From positions 91,326,001 to 91,390,000 of the forward strand of contig CM069133.1 of NCBI GenBank assembly GCA_035221665.1: a stretch of 64,000 nucleotides of DNA, given 5' to 3'. Position 1 is the first letter of the stretch. Each line of letters begins with the position of its first letter. Shown here piece by piece: positions 12,240 through 26,039 of the stretch. Made by a program: the position numbers and the translations under genes. Under the pieces are notes generated by a model. That model saw only the letters and a list, made by a program, of their open reading frames with translations. It ran no database searches and had not been told where the DNA came from. This DNA is from Okamejei kenojei. Lineage: Eukaryota.

Positions 12240-15200
12240 TATGGAACAGTAATCAGTGACGGGGATACCAAAATCAAGTTAGCAGATTTTGCTAAGATCA
12301 GAGAAGCCAACACTAATTGTTCCAAGGTGATTTGTACGTAGCCTTGCAATTGGTACCACGTAGTCCACTTCAACCTGTGGGGCATGATCATCCTTCTTGG
12401 AAAGTCTGCTTTGGCAGACCAGGCGGAAGATATCTTTATGAGCCAACAGCTGGAAAGGTGATGCAGCAACGCACTGTGGAATGCGAAGGGCTAAAGACGA
12501 CATGGCCATCCACTGCAGCCAAGAAGTCTCCAGCCGTGATGAATTTTCATACCAATGGACTCTGACTTCTGCGGCCGAGAGGGTGCGGTTGTTACAGTGC
12601 AACAGCTTCTCCACCTTAAACTCATTCACGCGCAGGTTTTTGTGCAGCCCTCTTCTCCACACAAAGTCCTGCGACGATGGGCTAGGAGCAAAGCGACAGG
12701 TGGAGGTTGCTACTAGAAGTCATAGTTCCGAACCTGCACATAGGCAGCCTATGGACCAGTGGTCGCTCTTCTTAGTACCAAGGGAGCAAGGAAGTTCGGC
12801 AGCATCCCAGCGACTGAGCAGCCCGCTTCAGGACAGCACTGCTCACCCTAGTAAGGGAGGGGACTAGAAAAGGTGTCCTAAACATTGCCTGCTCTCAACA
12901 AACTGGCCAGCAAGCGGCAGTTGCCTGCGATTGAAACTATAAACAGAAAAATAAACTTATCTTGGCCACATGGAATGTATGCACTCTCATGGACAGAGAC
13001 ACCACAGCAAGGCCCCAGCAAAGAACAGCCCTTGTAGCCATGAAAATGGCTCGGGACATTGCTGCTTTCAGCAAAACGTGTTTCGAAGGATCGATCTGTG
13101 AACCGATGGGTGGTTACACATTCTTCTGGAAAGGCAAAGTAGAGAGCGAAGATCGGATCCATAGGGTTGGACTGGCAGTAAGGACATCCCTCTTACAACA
13201 GATGCCGGAACTTCCTACAGGAGTAAATGAACGTCTCATGAAGCTTCGTCTCCCCCTCATCTCGCAACCTGACTATCATAGGCGCTTATGCCCCCACACT
13301 GACCAGCAGTGATGAGGCTAAAGAGAATTTCTATGAGGACCTTGACTGTATGATGAAGCAAAACCCTGCCAGCGACTAGCTCATCCTGCTCAGGGACATC
13401 AATGCCAGAGTCGACAGTGACAGCCAGTGCTGGGAACAGGTGATGGGACCTCATAGCGTTGGAAAGAACGGAAACGGTCTACTCCTCCTGAGTATGTGTG
13501 CAACAAATGACCTTACCATCACCAACACCCTCTTCAGAATGGCCAACAAGTACAAGACCACGTGGATGCATCCCAGGTCCAAGCAATGGCATCTCATCGA
13601 CAATGTCATTGTCCGCAATGATTATCTTAACGTGACGTTAAGATAACCAGGACCATACGGGGAGCTGAGTGTTGGAAGGATCACAGATTAGTCAGGTCAA
13701 TTTTCAACCTGCACATCCCAAGACATCCAAGCTCCTCCGTGTAACATTCAACACAGAGATGCTCAGACAACCAGACGTCTCTGAGAAGTACCAGTCCCAG
13801 CTGGACAACAAGCTGACTGGTCATTGACCACTGACAGGGGACCCCGCTGAAAAGTGGAACCAGTTCAAAGAGCTGATGACAGAGTGAGCTAAGGAAGTGC
13901 TTGGATGCACACAGCGAGTGCACCAGGACTGGTTTGATGTAAACAATGATGAAATCACCAAACTCCTGGAGGAGAAACACAAGGCATTCATCGAGTGGCA
14001 GAACGACGTATCCTCTATCTCCAAAAAGAATCGCTTCAAACACCTGCAGAGCAAGGCACAGAAAGAGCTAGGAGAGATGCAAGAGCTGGTGGGCGAGTGA
14101 AGCTGACGAAGTACAACATTACGCAGACACGACCAACTCTAAATAGTTTTTCAGCTTGATTAAGGCTGTGTATGGTCCACCCAAGCTGACCTCCCCCCTC
14201 CTTGCAACTGACAGCAAAACACTGCTCAAGGAAAAAAGCAGCATCTCAGACCGATGGGGAGCTTCATGAGATGTTCATTTACTCCTGTAGGAAGATCCGG
14301 CATCTGTTGTAAGAGGGATGTCCTTACTGCCAGTCCAACCCCATGCATCCGATATTCGTTCTCTACTTTGCCTTTCCAGAAGAATGTGTAACCACCCATC
14401 GGTTCACAGATTGATCCTTCATCGGCGAAACACGTTTCGCTGAAAGCAGCAAAGTCGATCCTGTACACTTCGCCAATCCCCTCAATAGACCCTCTGCCGT
14501 GGACCCAGTCGCTCTTGACTAGATCCCACAAAAGCCAATACTTGACGACCTTGACCTCCACCCATATTTGGAAGAGATCAAGAAGGCCATCAGTCAAACC
14601 AGTACAAGCAAAGCATCAGGCATGGACGGATTCCCTATTGATCTCTACAAGGCAGCAGCTCCTGAGAAACTAGACACCTTCCACAACATCTCGTTCAGCA
14701 TCTGGGAGACAGAAAGTATACCCGATGAATTCGGGGACGCCACTGTTGTCTCCTTGTTCAAAAACACAGGTAGCAAAGCTAACTGTGGCAACTACCGAGG
14801 CATCTCCTTGTTGTCCATCACTGGAAAGATACTGACCCATGTCATCTCAACCCCCTAATCAATGAGGTCACGGAAGCAAGCTTGCCGGAGTTTCAGTGTG
14901 GTATCAGACCTGCTCGCAGCACTGCTGATATGATCTTCATGCTGAGACAGATACAGGAAAAATGCATTGAGCAGAAGATGGACCTCTAAACAGTCTTCAT
15001 CGACTCGACAAAGGCCTTTGACACGGTCAACCGGGAGGCTCTGCAGTCGATACTTTACAAGCTCGGCTGCCCAAGAAAGATCATCCAGATCATCCACCTC
15101 TTCCATGATGGCATGACAGGAAGGGTTCTGGTCAATGGTGAAACTTTTGCACCTTTCGACATCTGAAGCAAGGTTGCGTTCTGGCCCCTGTACTCCTCAA

Positions 15201-16340
15201 CCTCTTCTTCGGCTGAGTCCCGAGTCATGCACTCCAGGACCTCGACCGTGTCGTGTACCTGAAGTACCATCTGGACGGATCTCTCTTTGACCTTCGATGA
15301 CTGAACGCCAAAACCAAGACGCAAGAATGGCTCATTCGCAAAGCCGTTTTTGTGGATGACTGCGCCCTCATGGCTCACGAGGTCTGAACTTCAGTTCATT
15401 CTGACCAAATTTGCAGAAGCAGCACAGGCTTTTGGTCTCACAATCGGCCTCAGCAAAACGGAAGTCATCTACTAGCCGGCTCCAGACTCTGCAGCACCAC
15501 CCCCCCCCCCCCCCCAAGTGTGCACATTGACAGCTCACAGCGGAAAGCCGTTGATTGCTTCAAATACTTGGGAAGTGTAATATCATCTGATGGCTCCCTG
15601 GACAAGGAAATCTCAACGAGAATCAGCAAAGCCAGTCAAGCACTTGGACGACTGCGTACACGAGTGTTGAACCACCACAACATCAAGCTGTCAACTAAAC
15701 TCAGTCTACAAAGCAGTTGTGCTTTCCAGCCTGCTCTATGGCTGTGAAACGTGGTCCTTAAATAGGAATCACATCCGTCAACGTGAAAAGTTCCATATGC
15801 GCTCATTACGGTCCATCATGGGTATTCGCTGGCAGGCAAAAGTGCCCATCCTAGAAGTATTAGACAGATCCAGCTTCACAAGCATCGAGACAATGATCAT
15901 CAAAGTACAGCTCCGATGGACTGGGCATGTCATCAGGATGGATGAGACCCGCATGTCTCAACAGGTCTTCTACGCCGTGCTCTCACAGGGCCAAAGGAAC
16001 CGTGGGCATCCCAAGAAGCGGTACAAAGATTGCGTCAAGGACCATCTCCACTATTGTGGTCTTGCGCCCAAGCAACTGGAAGCCTACGCCAGTGACAGAA
16101 CACGCTGGTGCGCAACAGTGCGAACAGCAGCCAGCAGCTTAGAGGAGCGCTGCCTAGAGCGACTTACCAAAGCCAGGGAGAGGAGGAAGGCTGCCTCCCA
16201 GAACCTGCCAGCGATGACCTTCATCTGCTCCCTCTGCACTCAAGTGTGCGGTTCACGAATTGGACTTGTGAGCCATGTCAGAACTCACCAGAATTGAGAC
16301 TGCACAACCCACCATCGTCGTTACTGACGGGCCACCACCT
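12240..16340 (+). mobile_element. Near-full-length decayed RTE-clade LINE (APE endonuclease + RT + C-terminal C2H2-like motif)
   Basis: ATWNVCTL (~12962), GYTFFWKG, TTWMHPRSKQWHLID, NYRGISLLS, KAFDTVNRE, FVDDCAL (~15350), FKYLGS, QLRWTGHVIRM, CSLCTQVCGSRIGLVSHVRTH; many stops and frameshifts; the 5' boundary is approximate. Confidence 0.93.
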
Positions 16341-16554
16341 ACAGATGGTTAGAACCATAACAAATGAAAAAGTAAGACCATCAATAACAAATATGTATTG
16401 AAAAATTAGCCAACTTAAGACTCCACAAAAAGAGTGAATAATTCAATGTAAATGTTTTTGTAAGTTTCGGTTGACTTACATTAAAATAGCACAATCGACA
16501 CAAATAACCAGTCAAAAATCCAACAGTAATTGATAAATGTGTGCATTGTTTTAG

Positions 16555-17060
16555 TCTGAGAGTTAGAGTTACACAGGACCATTCAGCCCAACGTGTCAAT
16601 GCCAATCAACATGCCCTATCCAAACCTGTACCTGAGACCCATCTTTGCCTGTTGGACCCTTTTTCCTCTAGATTTTTCCTATCCAGCTACATGTTCAAAT
16701 GTTGTTATTGTACCTGCCTCAACTATTTCCGGCCATGCTGTGCATAAAGGTTGCCCCTCAGGGTCCTATAAAAATTGGCCTCTTTCACCTTAAACCTACG
16801 CTGTATGGTTCGTAATTTCTCTACCTTGGAAATAAAGACCATGCATCGACCCTATCTATTTCCCTCATGATTTTATATGCTTCATCATGATCACCCGTTA
16901 GCCTCCTCTGCACCAAGGGATAATGTTCTAACCTGCCTCTCCCTATAAATGCAGGCCTCAAGTCCTGGCAACATCGTCGTAAATCTTGTGATGTTTGACC
17001 CATCTTTCAGCATCAACCTGCATATTCGCCAAATAATCACTACAGTACTTCTGGAGATCT
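16555..17060 (-). mobile_element. Degenerate CR1 LINE 3' end
   Basis: ORF 16821-17003 includes RRLTGDHDEAYKIMREIDRVD; CR1-like 3' UTR near 16570. Confidence 0.7.
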
Positions 17061-18601
17061 TATTATCTGCTACATTATCCCAAGAACCTCCATGTAAAAA
17101 CCTTTTCTCTCTACTAGTTTAAACATTTTATCTTGTTGCTCATTTTGGTTTTCTATCCATGTTGCATGCCTCACAAGGTATTCTTTGAATGTATTTTCTT
17201 ATAACATGAGATAATATGAAAAGTGTTCCTACTCACTCAGTTTTTTTTTCTGAATCATACCCCGAATTATTTTCTGCCACATAGGATTGTGACCAGAAAT
17301 TAATGAAGCACCAAAAATGCCCCCTTTGGTGGAAGGGCCAAGGATTAGAGGTCACAGGTATAAAGGAAAAGAGAATTAACAGTGACCCAATGAAAAGCTT
17401 GTTTGAAAATGCATAATTTAGATGGATTACACAGAGGCAGGTTCATGTGTTGCCTTTAAGAGCAAACTGGATTAAAAATATTGAGGAGGAAGTTTTACAA
17501 GGCTACGGATAAAGATGTTAGAGGAGCCAATGGTTGCCTCCTGTGTTGTAACCATTCTGGTTTCTATGATTTAACCTCCATTTTCACATACAAACATTTC
17601 CTTCAGCTATTTTCCGAGTACAAGCTGACTCCTTGGATACAAATGTCCATTCCCACTTGGCATCATCTGCAATTTATTATTCTTCTCCTAACTACCACAA
17701 ATAGATTTTAATTTTGAAAAGCTACGATGATATGGAATTTGATTGAAAGACAGATTCACGGAAAAGGGGATTATATTTCACATTTTCTAATGACACAAGA
17801 GGCAAATTAGCCCATTAAAACTTCACTATGTCTCTCAGAAAAACCAGCCATCCCATTAGCTAACTATTCCACCCCTCCTGACTCATGCCCATCAACTTGC
17901 TTCCAACCCCATCTTCCCACTCCCCGCTGACAAATTACGATATGCCGAACATAGATGTAAAAGCCCAAGAGATGTGGAAAATCAGATCAAAAGCAGATGT
18001 TACCACTAGGATTCACAGGTTTGAGAGCTCCCCATGTTGCTTTTTGCAATATTAGGTTCATGCCAAAATGTAGGAATGGGATGAGATAGTTGGTGGATGA
18101 TACTAAAACTGGCAGCATAATCACAAGGAGGGGAAGCTTTCAGCTACAGTAGGTTATAGATGGCCTGGTCAAATGGAAGTTAATTCTGAGAAATGCAAAG
18201 TAACACATTTGGGGAAAATGCAGCAAGGCAAGGAATGGGAAGATCAAATGTTAAAGCAGCAGAGGAACCATGGATTATATATGAATTATCTCCTTAAGGC
18301 ACTAAGACGAGTAAATGATATGGATCAACATTGTTTTTACTATAACATTGGGGTTCATGTAGGATTAATATAAAATGGGTAGTTGATGGTCAGTGTGGGA
18401 TCTGGGTTGAAGGGTTTTTCCTGATTTATTAAGTCACAGAATTCCTTCCCCAATTTATCAAGTCATAGAATTTAAGAATAGGAATATTTTGTCAGAAGTG
18501 TATACAACACTAGTCAGTTCACAGCTTGTGCATTGTCAGAGAGTCATTGCGATACGGCACAGAAGCAGATCCTTCAGCCCAGATCCTACATTGACCATAA
18601 A

Positions 18602-18930
18602 AGGGCAGCACGGTGGCGCAGCGGTAGAGTTGCTGCCTTACAGCAAATGAAGTGCCGGAGACCCGGGTTCGATCCAGACCACGGGTGCTGTCTGTACGGA
18701 GTTTGTACTTTCTCCCCGTGACCCGCGTGAGTTTTTTGTGAGATCTTCGGTTTCCTCCCACACTGCAAAGACGTTCAGGTATGTAGGTTAATTGGCTTGG
18801 TAAATGTAATAATTGTCCCTAGTGTGTGTGGGATAGTGTTAATTGATGGGGATCGCTGGTCGGCACGGACCCGGTGGGCTGAAGGGCAAGTTTCTGTACT
18901 GTATTTCTAAACTGTATCTCTAAGCTAAAC
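18602..18930 (+). mobile_element. tRNA-derived SINE (V-SINE/HE1-like)
   Basis: Pol III A box TGGCGCAGCGG and B box GGTTCGATCC, central ...ggagtttgtactttctccccgtg...ggtttcctcccacac core, CR1-like 3' end with a taaac-type tail. Confidence 0.88.
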
Positions 18931-21900
18931 TACTTATGGTATATTAATCCTACAGGTACCTCATTTTTATTTCCCCCTCATTCTCTTCAACTCCCCCCAG
19001 ATTCTAATGCTCACCTGCATGCAAGGGGTGCTGCACTCCAGCCAATTAAACTACCCACTTGCAAATGTTCAGCATGTGGGAGGACACTGGTGGAATTAAA
19101 GCAAATCCATGCATTCACACAGGGAGAACATGAAAACCACACACACAGTATCCCAGTTCAAGATTAAAACTAGATTTCTGGCACTGAGAGGCCGCTACTA
19201 GCTGTTACACTATGCCAACTAATATTTGTGAACAATTCTCCATGCTTATAGTCACCACTTCGCAATAAAGAAGTGGCCAGTGGAAAAGGGCGCACAGAAG
19301 ATTTACAAAGTTATTGATCGGACAAGAAAATTAGAATAGATCGAATAAACTAGGGTTGTTTACTTTTCAACCGGAGGCTGAGGGTACATTTAATTGAGGT
19401 GCATAAAATTATGAGGTATACAGTAAATAGGAAGGATGCTTTTACCATCAGCTATAATTAAAATTAGAGGGAACACAGTTAACGTGATTAAAGGGGAGAA
19501 GAGGAAAGATCATTTCACTAAATTGTTGTTTGAAGATGGGTAAAAATTACAGCAATCACATCTAAACAGCACAAGAAAAGTAAAAATTTCAAGTGCTTGG
19601 AATTGAAATATGCTGAAGAGATTTAACACATCACACAGAAGCTGTGGAGGAAGAAACTGTGCGCATTTCAGGTCAAGAACCTTTTGTCAGTTCTAATCAA
19701 AGGTCACCACTCCAATCAGTCTGAAGAAGGGTCTCGACCCGAAACGTTGCCTATTCCTTCGCTCCATAGATGCTGCCTCACCTGCTGAGTTTCTCCAGCA
19801 TTATCTACCCTGAAACAATAAATCAATTGCTCTCTCAACAGATGCTGCCTAACTTGCCGAGTTCTTTACATTGACTGATATTGTTATTTTACACAGTCCT
19901 TGGATATGTACTCAAAAGTATTATAATCTGCAGGCCAACCGACCAATGTCTGATTAGGCTAGGCAGCATTTTAACAACATGATGGGCTGAATGGCATATT
20001 TATGCCATTAGTTTTATATGGCTATTGAAAGAGATATGATGACATCTGAAAATTAAATACTGAATTATTAAAAGAAACTGCCAATGTTATTGGAGACTGG
20101 GAAGAAACCATGGGAAGAAATTACTGAAAAACATTTGAGATGGGATAAAAACAAATGACTTCCCCTGATCAAACTGAATTTGCCAACTTCGAGAGGTTAC
20201 AAATCACTGTGGAATTGTCAAATTATGGTTCAGTAATACAAGTCAGGAACATGTCTCTTTGATTAACAAAACCAATAGTGTCTAGGCAGCTTATCCTACA
20301 TTCCACAAATCAAAAAGAAACGGGGGGAAAATCAACACTGATTTACTAGCAATTTTACAGATGTGGAATGTGATACCTCTGACAAATGAACTTGATGACT
20401 GTTATGAGACTTCAACATTTGGGCAGTTTCAAGTACACGACTATGAAAGGATTACAGCTGCTCGCCTAAACATTTTCAATTATTTAAGTTTATTTGCTGA
20501 CTTAGTCGGACAAGCAAAAGTTCAACTGTTAGTTATATTCAATTTTCTGTATTCTGCACTATTGTTTTTAATCACATTTTCCTGCATTGCACGGCTATAG
20601 GTCAAAAATAACTTCACAAGCGGCAATAAATTATGGGTGAAGTATTCTGCACTTTACAACCTGTAAAGCCAAACTCCACCAGAATTAATAGCACATCCTG
20701 TTATGAAATGTTAGATTTTTTCAGGTGATGGTGGGGTGAACAAAATGTATCAATTCATTAAGAAATGTTGTTCTGAGCAGTCATTGGTGTTCCATTTAGG
20801 TGCACTTCTGTAGGTGGCCAATTCATGATGGCTTCCCATTCATCCTCCCGGATATCAGACATTGAAATGGGCTGTGCACTCAAATGAGATTATGGGCGGT
20901 AGGAGCCACTGCTGGGATCAAGTAGCAGCTGTTCAGTGCACCACAAGTCCAGGATTCAATAGAGCTCTCCCATCATCTCTTGGTGGATGTGATGGAAGCA
21001 GTTGTCCCCCTTTGGTTGCACAAATTCAATGGCATGAAACCACCATGGAGCATTCTCAGGGATGGAAGGGCTGTGCAGACAAACAAAGAGAAGGGAGAGT
21101 GTGGGGAGAGACAGCAGCTTCCTTCACATCCACCAGGAAGTGATGAGAAAATGCAGGGTCCAGGCAGCACATCAACACAAGAAGCAGGTGCTGCAAGTTT
21201 CCAGGAATGGTCCAACACCAGCCCTCACTGGCAGTCTAGTCTCCCTACACTGAGCAATGTGCAATTCATTAGTGGATTCTCACTAGGTCCCTGGCACAAC
21301 AGAGAGAGAATAGGATTTGAGCCAGGTTCTTGATTGCTGTTCTCTGAGTAACACATCTCTCTGTGTTAAAATGACCTATTTTAGCACCAATTCCATTTGT
21401 GGTCTTGTTTCTGGGAGCTCATCCTGAGCACCAAACTTAACAGCATACAAACGTACACATAGAATTTCAGACCTCTCTCCAGTCATTTAGCTTTGCCCGT
21501 ATGCAACCGGTAGATGTTGAATAGCATATAGACAGTGGGGAAAAAGTAGCTTTGCAATTACTTCCAGCGTTGTTTTAACCAGTACACCTTAAAGAACTTA
21601 GTGTAGCACAATTATAAAGCTGGTTTCAAAAGAATCGGAAAAGACACAATGTACTTTGCTAATTTTACAAGACAGTACTGTATCATAAATAAAGATAGAC
21701 AAGTATTATAAATGTTCCTAGAAAACAGTGTAATCGGCAAAAAATTGCTATGATGTTCCAAAAACTTTGCCCAAATTTATAATGTGGAGTTTTATTAGTC
21801 ACTGAGTGATAAATATTGGTGCAGTTATTACTCATGGTGCAATACGTGAAAGCACACCAAGGAAACATTAGCACAGCACAGAGCGAACTACCAGCTCCAT

Positions 21901-22561
21901 CATGACCCATAATAATTATTTTATCGTACAACCCTAGTGGTCTCACTTAATTGCAGGGAAAACTAAAAACTTCTTGTATTGCCCCTGGTCCTAACCGTCT
22001 TTGGATAATCAAGACTTCTGAGGCTAAAGAGAAAATCTATATATTTAACTATTATCCAGACACAATCTTAGCCTCCCAGCACCAATGCATCTCTAATTTC
22101 TTACCCCAGCACCATTTCAGTGAATCCACTTTTTACCTAAAGTCGAGTTTTTTTAACGAGCTTCCTGAAGAGCACAGACTAGGATGTAATAGTACAGCTG
22201 AGGCAAACATAATTTTTGATGTGCTTAGAACTGCACACTGTGTCTTTTATTCCCTGGCTAACGACAGGCACTTCCCAACTTACGCAAGAGTTACCTCCTG
22301 TGAGCCCTTACACAAGTCAGATTTTATTAGTCGGAATCACCATCCCCAACCACCTGACGGAAATAACTCAGTCTGAAGAATGATCCCTGCCCGAAATGTT
22401 GTCTGATCATGTTCTCCAGAGTATCTGCCTGGCCCATTGAGTTACTCTCAGTCACGGACACAAAGTGCTGAAGTATTAACTGTATCAGCTGCGTTCCAGG
22501 CAGTTTATGCAGTGTGCGGCCTTCTGGGTAATCACCACCACCATAGCCAGTATGTTTCCGA

Positions 22562-23329
22562 TGTAAACTTGAGTGCTTGTCCTAAGCTTCTCCCCAGTCT
22601 AGTTTCAGTCAAAAATCACAGAGTCAAGCACTTACGCATCTAAACTTTATTTTGACAAAACACAGTTACAGTTCCAACTACTGTACCTAACCACCGTGGG
22701 TTTGATCCTCGTATCTGGCTGATCAAGCCCTCTTGGCCTCACTCAGACACTCCAGAAGGTCATGCAGTCCAAAGCGCTCTCCCAGAAGATTAACACAGGA
22801 CCCGCGGTCGCGGACTTTTCTAGGTCCCCGGACCTCGAGGGGCCGAACCACATGGGGGTGGTCTCTTTATAGTCCAATAACAGATATCGATTAATCTCAT
22901 ACATGACAGACATTTCCCTAACCGAATAATACAATGGCTAATACATTGTATTTGAAAGAAAGCTCCATAAGCAAACAAGAACAAACATTGAAACATGCAC
23001 CCTGAGATTTAAACAGTTTCTCCAAGGCTCAACAGTTCGACCAATCACCGATTAACAGGATGACCGTCTCGCAACATTATTTATACTATTTACAATGCTT
23101 TTGAAGCGATCCAATCGAAGTGATGCATTTGCAAAACTGATTTACATGTTATCAATTTAAGAGAAACAGGGAGAACACCTGGACCCCTCACCATCCTGCA
23201 TACCAGTCTGTGTCTGGTCTGGCTGGTGCCAATCAAAGCTTGCAAAGTTCAGCTGACAAGGGTTAAGCAATTCTGACAAGTGCAGGGATCCTCCATTTTA
23301 TGGTGTCTTTAATTTGGCCAATATTATCA
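22562..23329 (-). repeat. 3' LTR of the large ERV (768 bp)
   Basis: Minus strand TGATAATATT...TTTACA; aligns to 35771-36343 except for a U3 segment at ~22866-23130; AATAAA at 22646-22651 (minus); purine-rich AAAACGGGAA immediately upstream. Confidence 0.92.
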
Positions 23330-23361
23330 TTCCCGTTTTATCATTCATGATAACTCAGTAT

Positions 23362-25762
23362 CATAGAAAATAGGTGCAGGAGTAGGCCATTCGGCCCTTC
23401 GAGCCTGCACCGCCATTCGATATGATCATGGCTGATCATCCAACTCAGTATCCTGTACCTGCCTTCTCTACATACCCCCTGATCCCTTTAGCCACAAGGG
23501 CCACATCTAACTCCCTCTTAAATATAGCCAATGAACTGGCCTCAACTACCTTCTGTGGCAGAGAATTCCACAGACTCACCACTCTCTGTATGAAAAAAAG
23601 ATCTTCTCATCACGGTCCTAAAAGACTTCCCCCTTATCCTTAAACCATGACCCCTTGTTCTGGAGTTCCCCAACATCGGGAACAATCTTCCTGCATCCAG
23701 CCTGTCCAAGCCCTTAAGAATTTTGTAAGCCTCTATAAGATCCCCCCTCAATCTCCTAAATTCCAGCGAGTACAATCCAGTCTTTCTTCATATGGAAGTC
23801 CTGCCATCCCAGGAATCAATCTGGTGAACCTTCGCTGTGCTCCCTCTGTGGCAAGAATGTCTTTCCTCAGATTAGGAGACCAAAACTGTACGCAATACTC
23901 CAGGTGTGGCCTCACCAAGACCCTGTACAACTGCAGTAGAACCTCCATGCTCTTGTACTCAAATCCTTTTGCTATGAATGCCAACATACCATTCGCTTTC
24001 TTCACAGCCTGCTGCACCTGCATGCTGACTTTCAATGACTGGTGTACCATGACACCCAGGTCTCGTTGCATCTCCCCTTTTCCTAATCGGCCACCATTCA
24101 GATCATAATCTACCCTCCTGTTTTTGCCGCCAAAGTGGATAATCTCACGTTTATCCACATTATACTGCATCTGCCATGCATTTTCCCACTCACCCAACCT
24201 ATCCAAGTCACCTTGCAGCCTCCTAGCATCCTCCTCATAGCTAACACTGCCCCCCAGCTTTGTGTCATCCGCAAACTTGGAGATGTTGCATTCAATTCCC
24301 TCATCCAGATTATTAATATATATTGTAAATAGCTGGGGTCCCAGCACTGAGCCTTGCGGTACCCCACTAGTTATTGCCTGTCATTCTGAAAATGACCCGT
24401 TTACTCCTACTCTTTGCTTCCTGTCTGCCAGCCAGTTCTCTATCCACATCAATACTGAACCCCCAATACTGTGTGCTTTATGTTTGTATGCTAATCTCTT
24501 ATGTGGGACCTTGTCAAAAGCCTTCTGAAAGTCCAGATATAACACATCCACAGGTTCTCCCTGATACACTCTACTAGTTCCATTCTCAAAAAATTCTATA
24601 AGATTCGTCAGACATGATTTACCTTTCATAAATCCATGCTGACTTTGTCCAATGATTTCACCACTTTCCAAATGTGCTGCTATCACATCTTTAATAACTG
24701 ACTCTAGCATTTTCCCCACTACCGATGTTCGACTAATCGGTCTGTAATTCCCCGTTTTCTCTCTCCCTCCCTTTTTAAAAAGTGGGGTTATATTAGCTAC
24801 CTTCTAATCCTCAGGAACTACTCCAGAATCTAAAGAGTTTTGAAAAATTATCACTAATGCATCCACTATTTCTGGGGCTACTTCCTTAAGTACTCTGGGA
24901 TGCAGCCTATCTGGCCCTGGGGATTTATCGGCCTTTAATCCATTTAATTTACCCAACACCACTACCCGGCTAACCTGGATTTCACTCAGTTCCTCCATCT
25001 CATTTGACCCCCGGTCCCCTGCTATTTCTGGCAGATTATTTATGTCTTCCTTTGTGAAGACAGAACCAAAGTAGTTATTCAATTGGTCTGCCATGTCCTT
25101 GTTCCCCATGATCAACTCACCAGTTTCTGACTGCAAGGGACCTACATTTGTTTTAACTAACCTTTTTCTATTCACATATCTATAAAAACTTTCGCAGTCC
25201 ATTTTTAATTTCCGTGCCAGTTTTCTTTCATAATCTATTTTCCCGTTCCTAATTAAGCACTTTGTCCTCCTCTGCTGGACTCTGAATTTCTCCCAGTCCT
25301 CTGGTAGGCTGCTCTTTCTGGCTAATTTGTATGCTTCATCTTTAGTTTTGATTCTATCCCTAATTTCCCTTGTTATCCACGGATGCACTACCTTCCGTGA
25401 TTTATTCTTTTGCTCAACTGGGATGAACAATAGTTGTAGTTCATCCATGCAGTCTTTAAATGCCTTCTATTGCATATCCACCGTCAACCCTTTAAGAATC
25501 ACTTGCCATTCTATCTTGGCCAATTCATGTCTCATACCCTCAAAGTTACCTTTCTTTAAGTTCAGAACCCTTGTTTCTGAATTAACAACGTCACTCTCCA
25601 TCCTAATGAAGAAATCAACCATATTATGGTCACCCTTGCCCAAGGGGCCACGCACAACAAGACTGCTAACTAACCCTTCCTCATTACTCAGTACCCAGTC
25701 TAGAATAGCCTGTTCTCTCGTTGGTTCCTCTACATGTTGGTTTAGAAAGCTATCCCGCATAC
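23362..25762 (-). mobile_element. 5'-truncated CR1 LINE inserted just upstream of the ERV polypurine tract
   Basis: ORFs with [51 protein letters not shown]; ttctatg tail at the left end; imperfect atgataactc(c)ag repeat on both sides. Confidence 0.95.
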
Positions 25763-26039
25763 TCTCATCATAAATGATAACTCCAGAATACAATGATGAC
25801 TGCTATACTTTAACAATGTTCTAACAAGAAGATGTTGATGTGGCTTCGCAGAATTTCATCGAGCTTCCCAAGTTTTCGTGGGCGTAGCTCCATGATTTCG
25901 GTTTGATGAGTCTTCACCTCCCGAGTTTTCGTGGGCGCGAATCCCATCCATCAATTTTGATAGTTCATTGGTCCTTGATTTGTGATAGTGTGAGAATTCC
26001 TAAGAAAACCTGGGAGGAAACAAGTTTGGAAAAAACTGA

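Noticed and set aside
18602-18680. tRNA-like sequence with A and B boxes
   Set aside because: It is the head of a SINE and continues into the SINE body and tail; not a tRNA gene.
20860-21330. Possible ancient Harbinger transposase remnant (NLCNQRG on the minus strand)
   Set aside because: Too degenerate to support by eye; needs a profile HMM search.
22568-22571. cttg near the left LTR end as a TSD matching cttg at 36344-36347
   Set aside because: It lies inside the LTR terminus defined by the shared tgtaaa end; using it would remove the canonical CA terminus.
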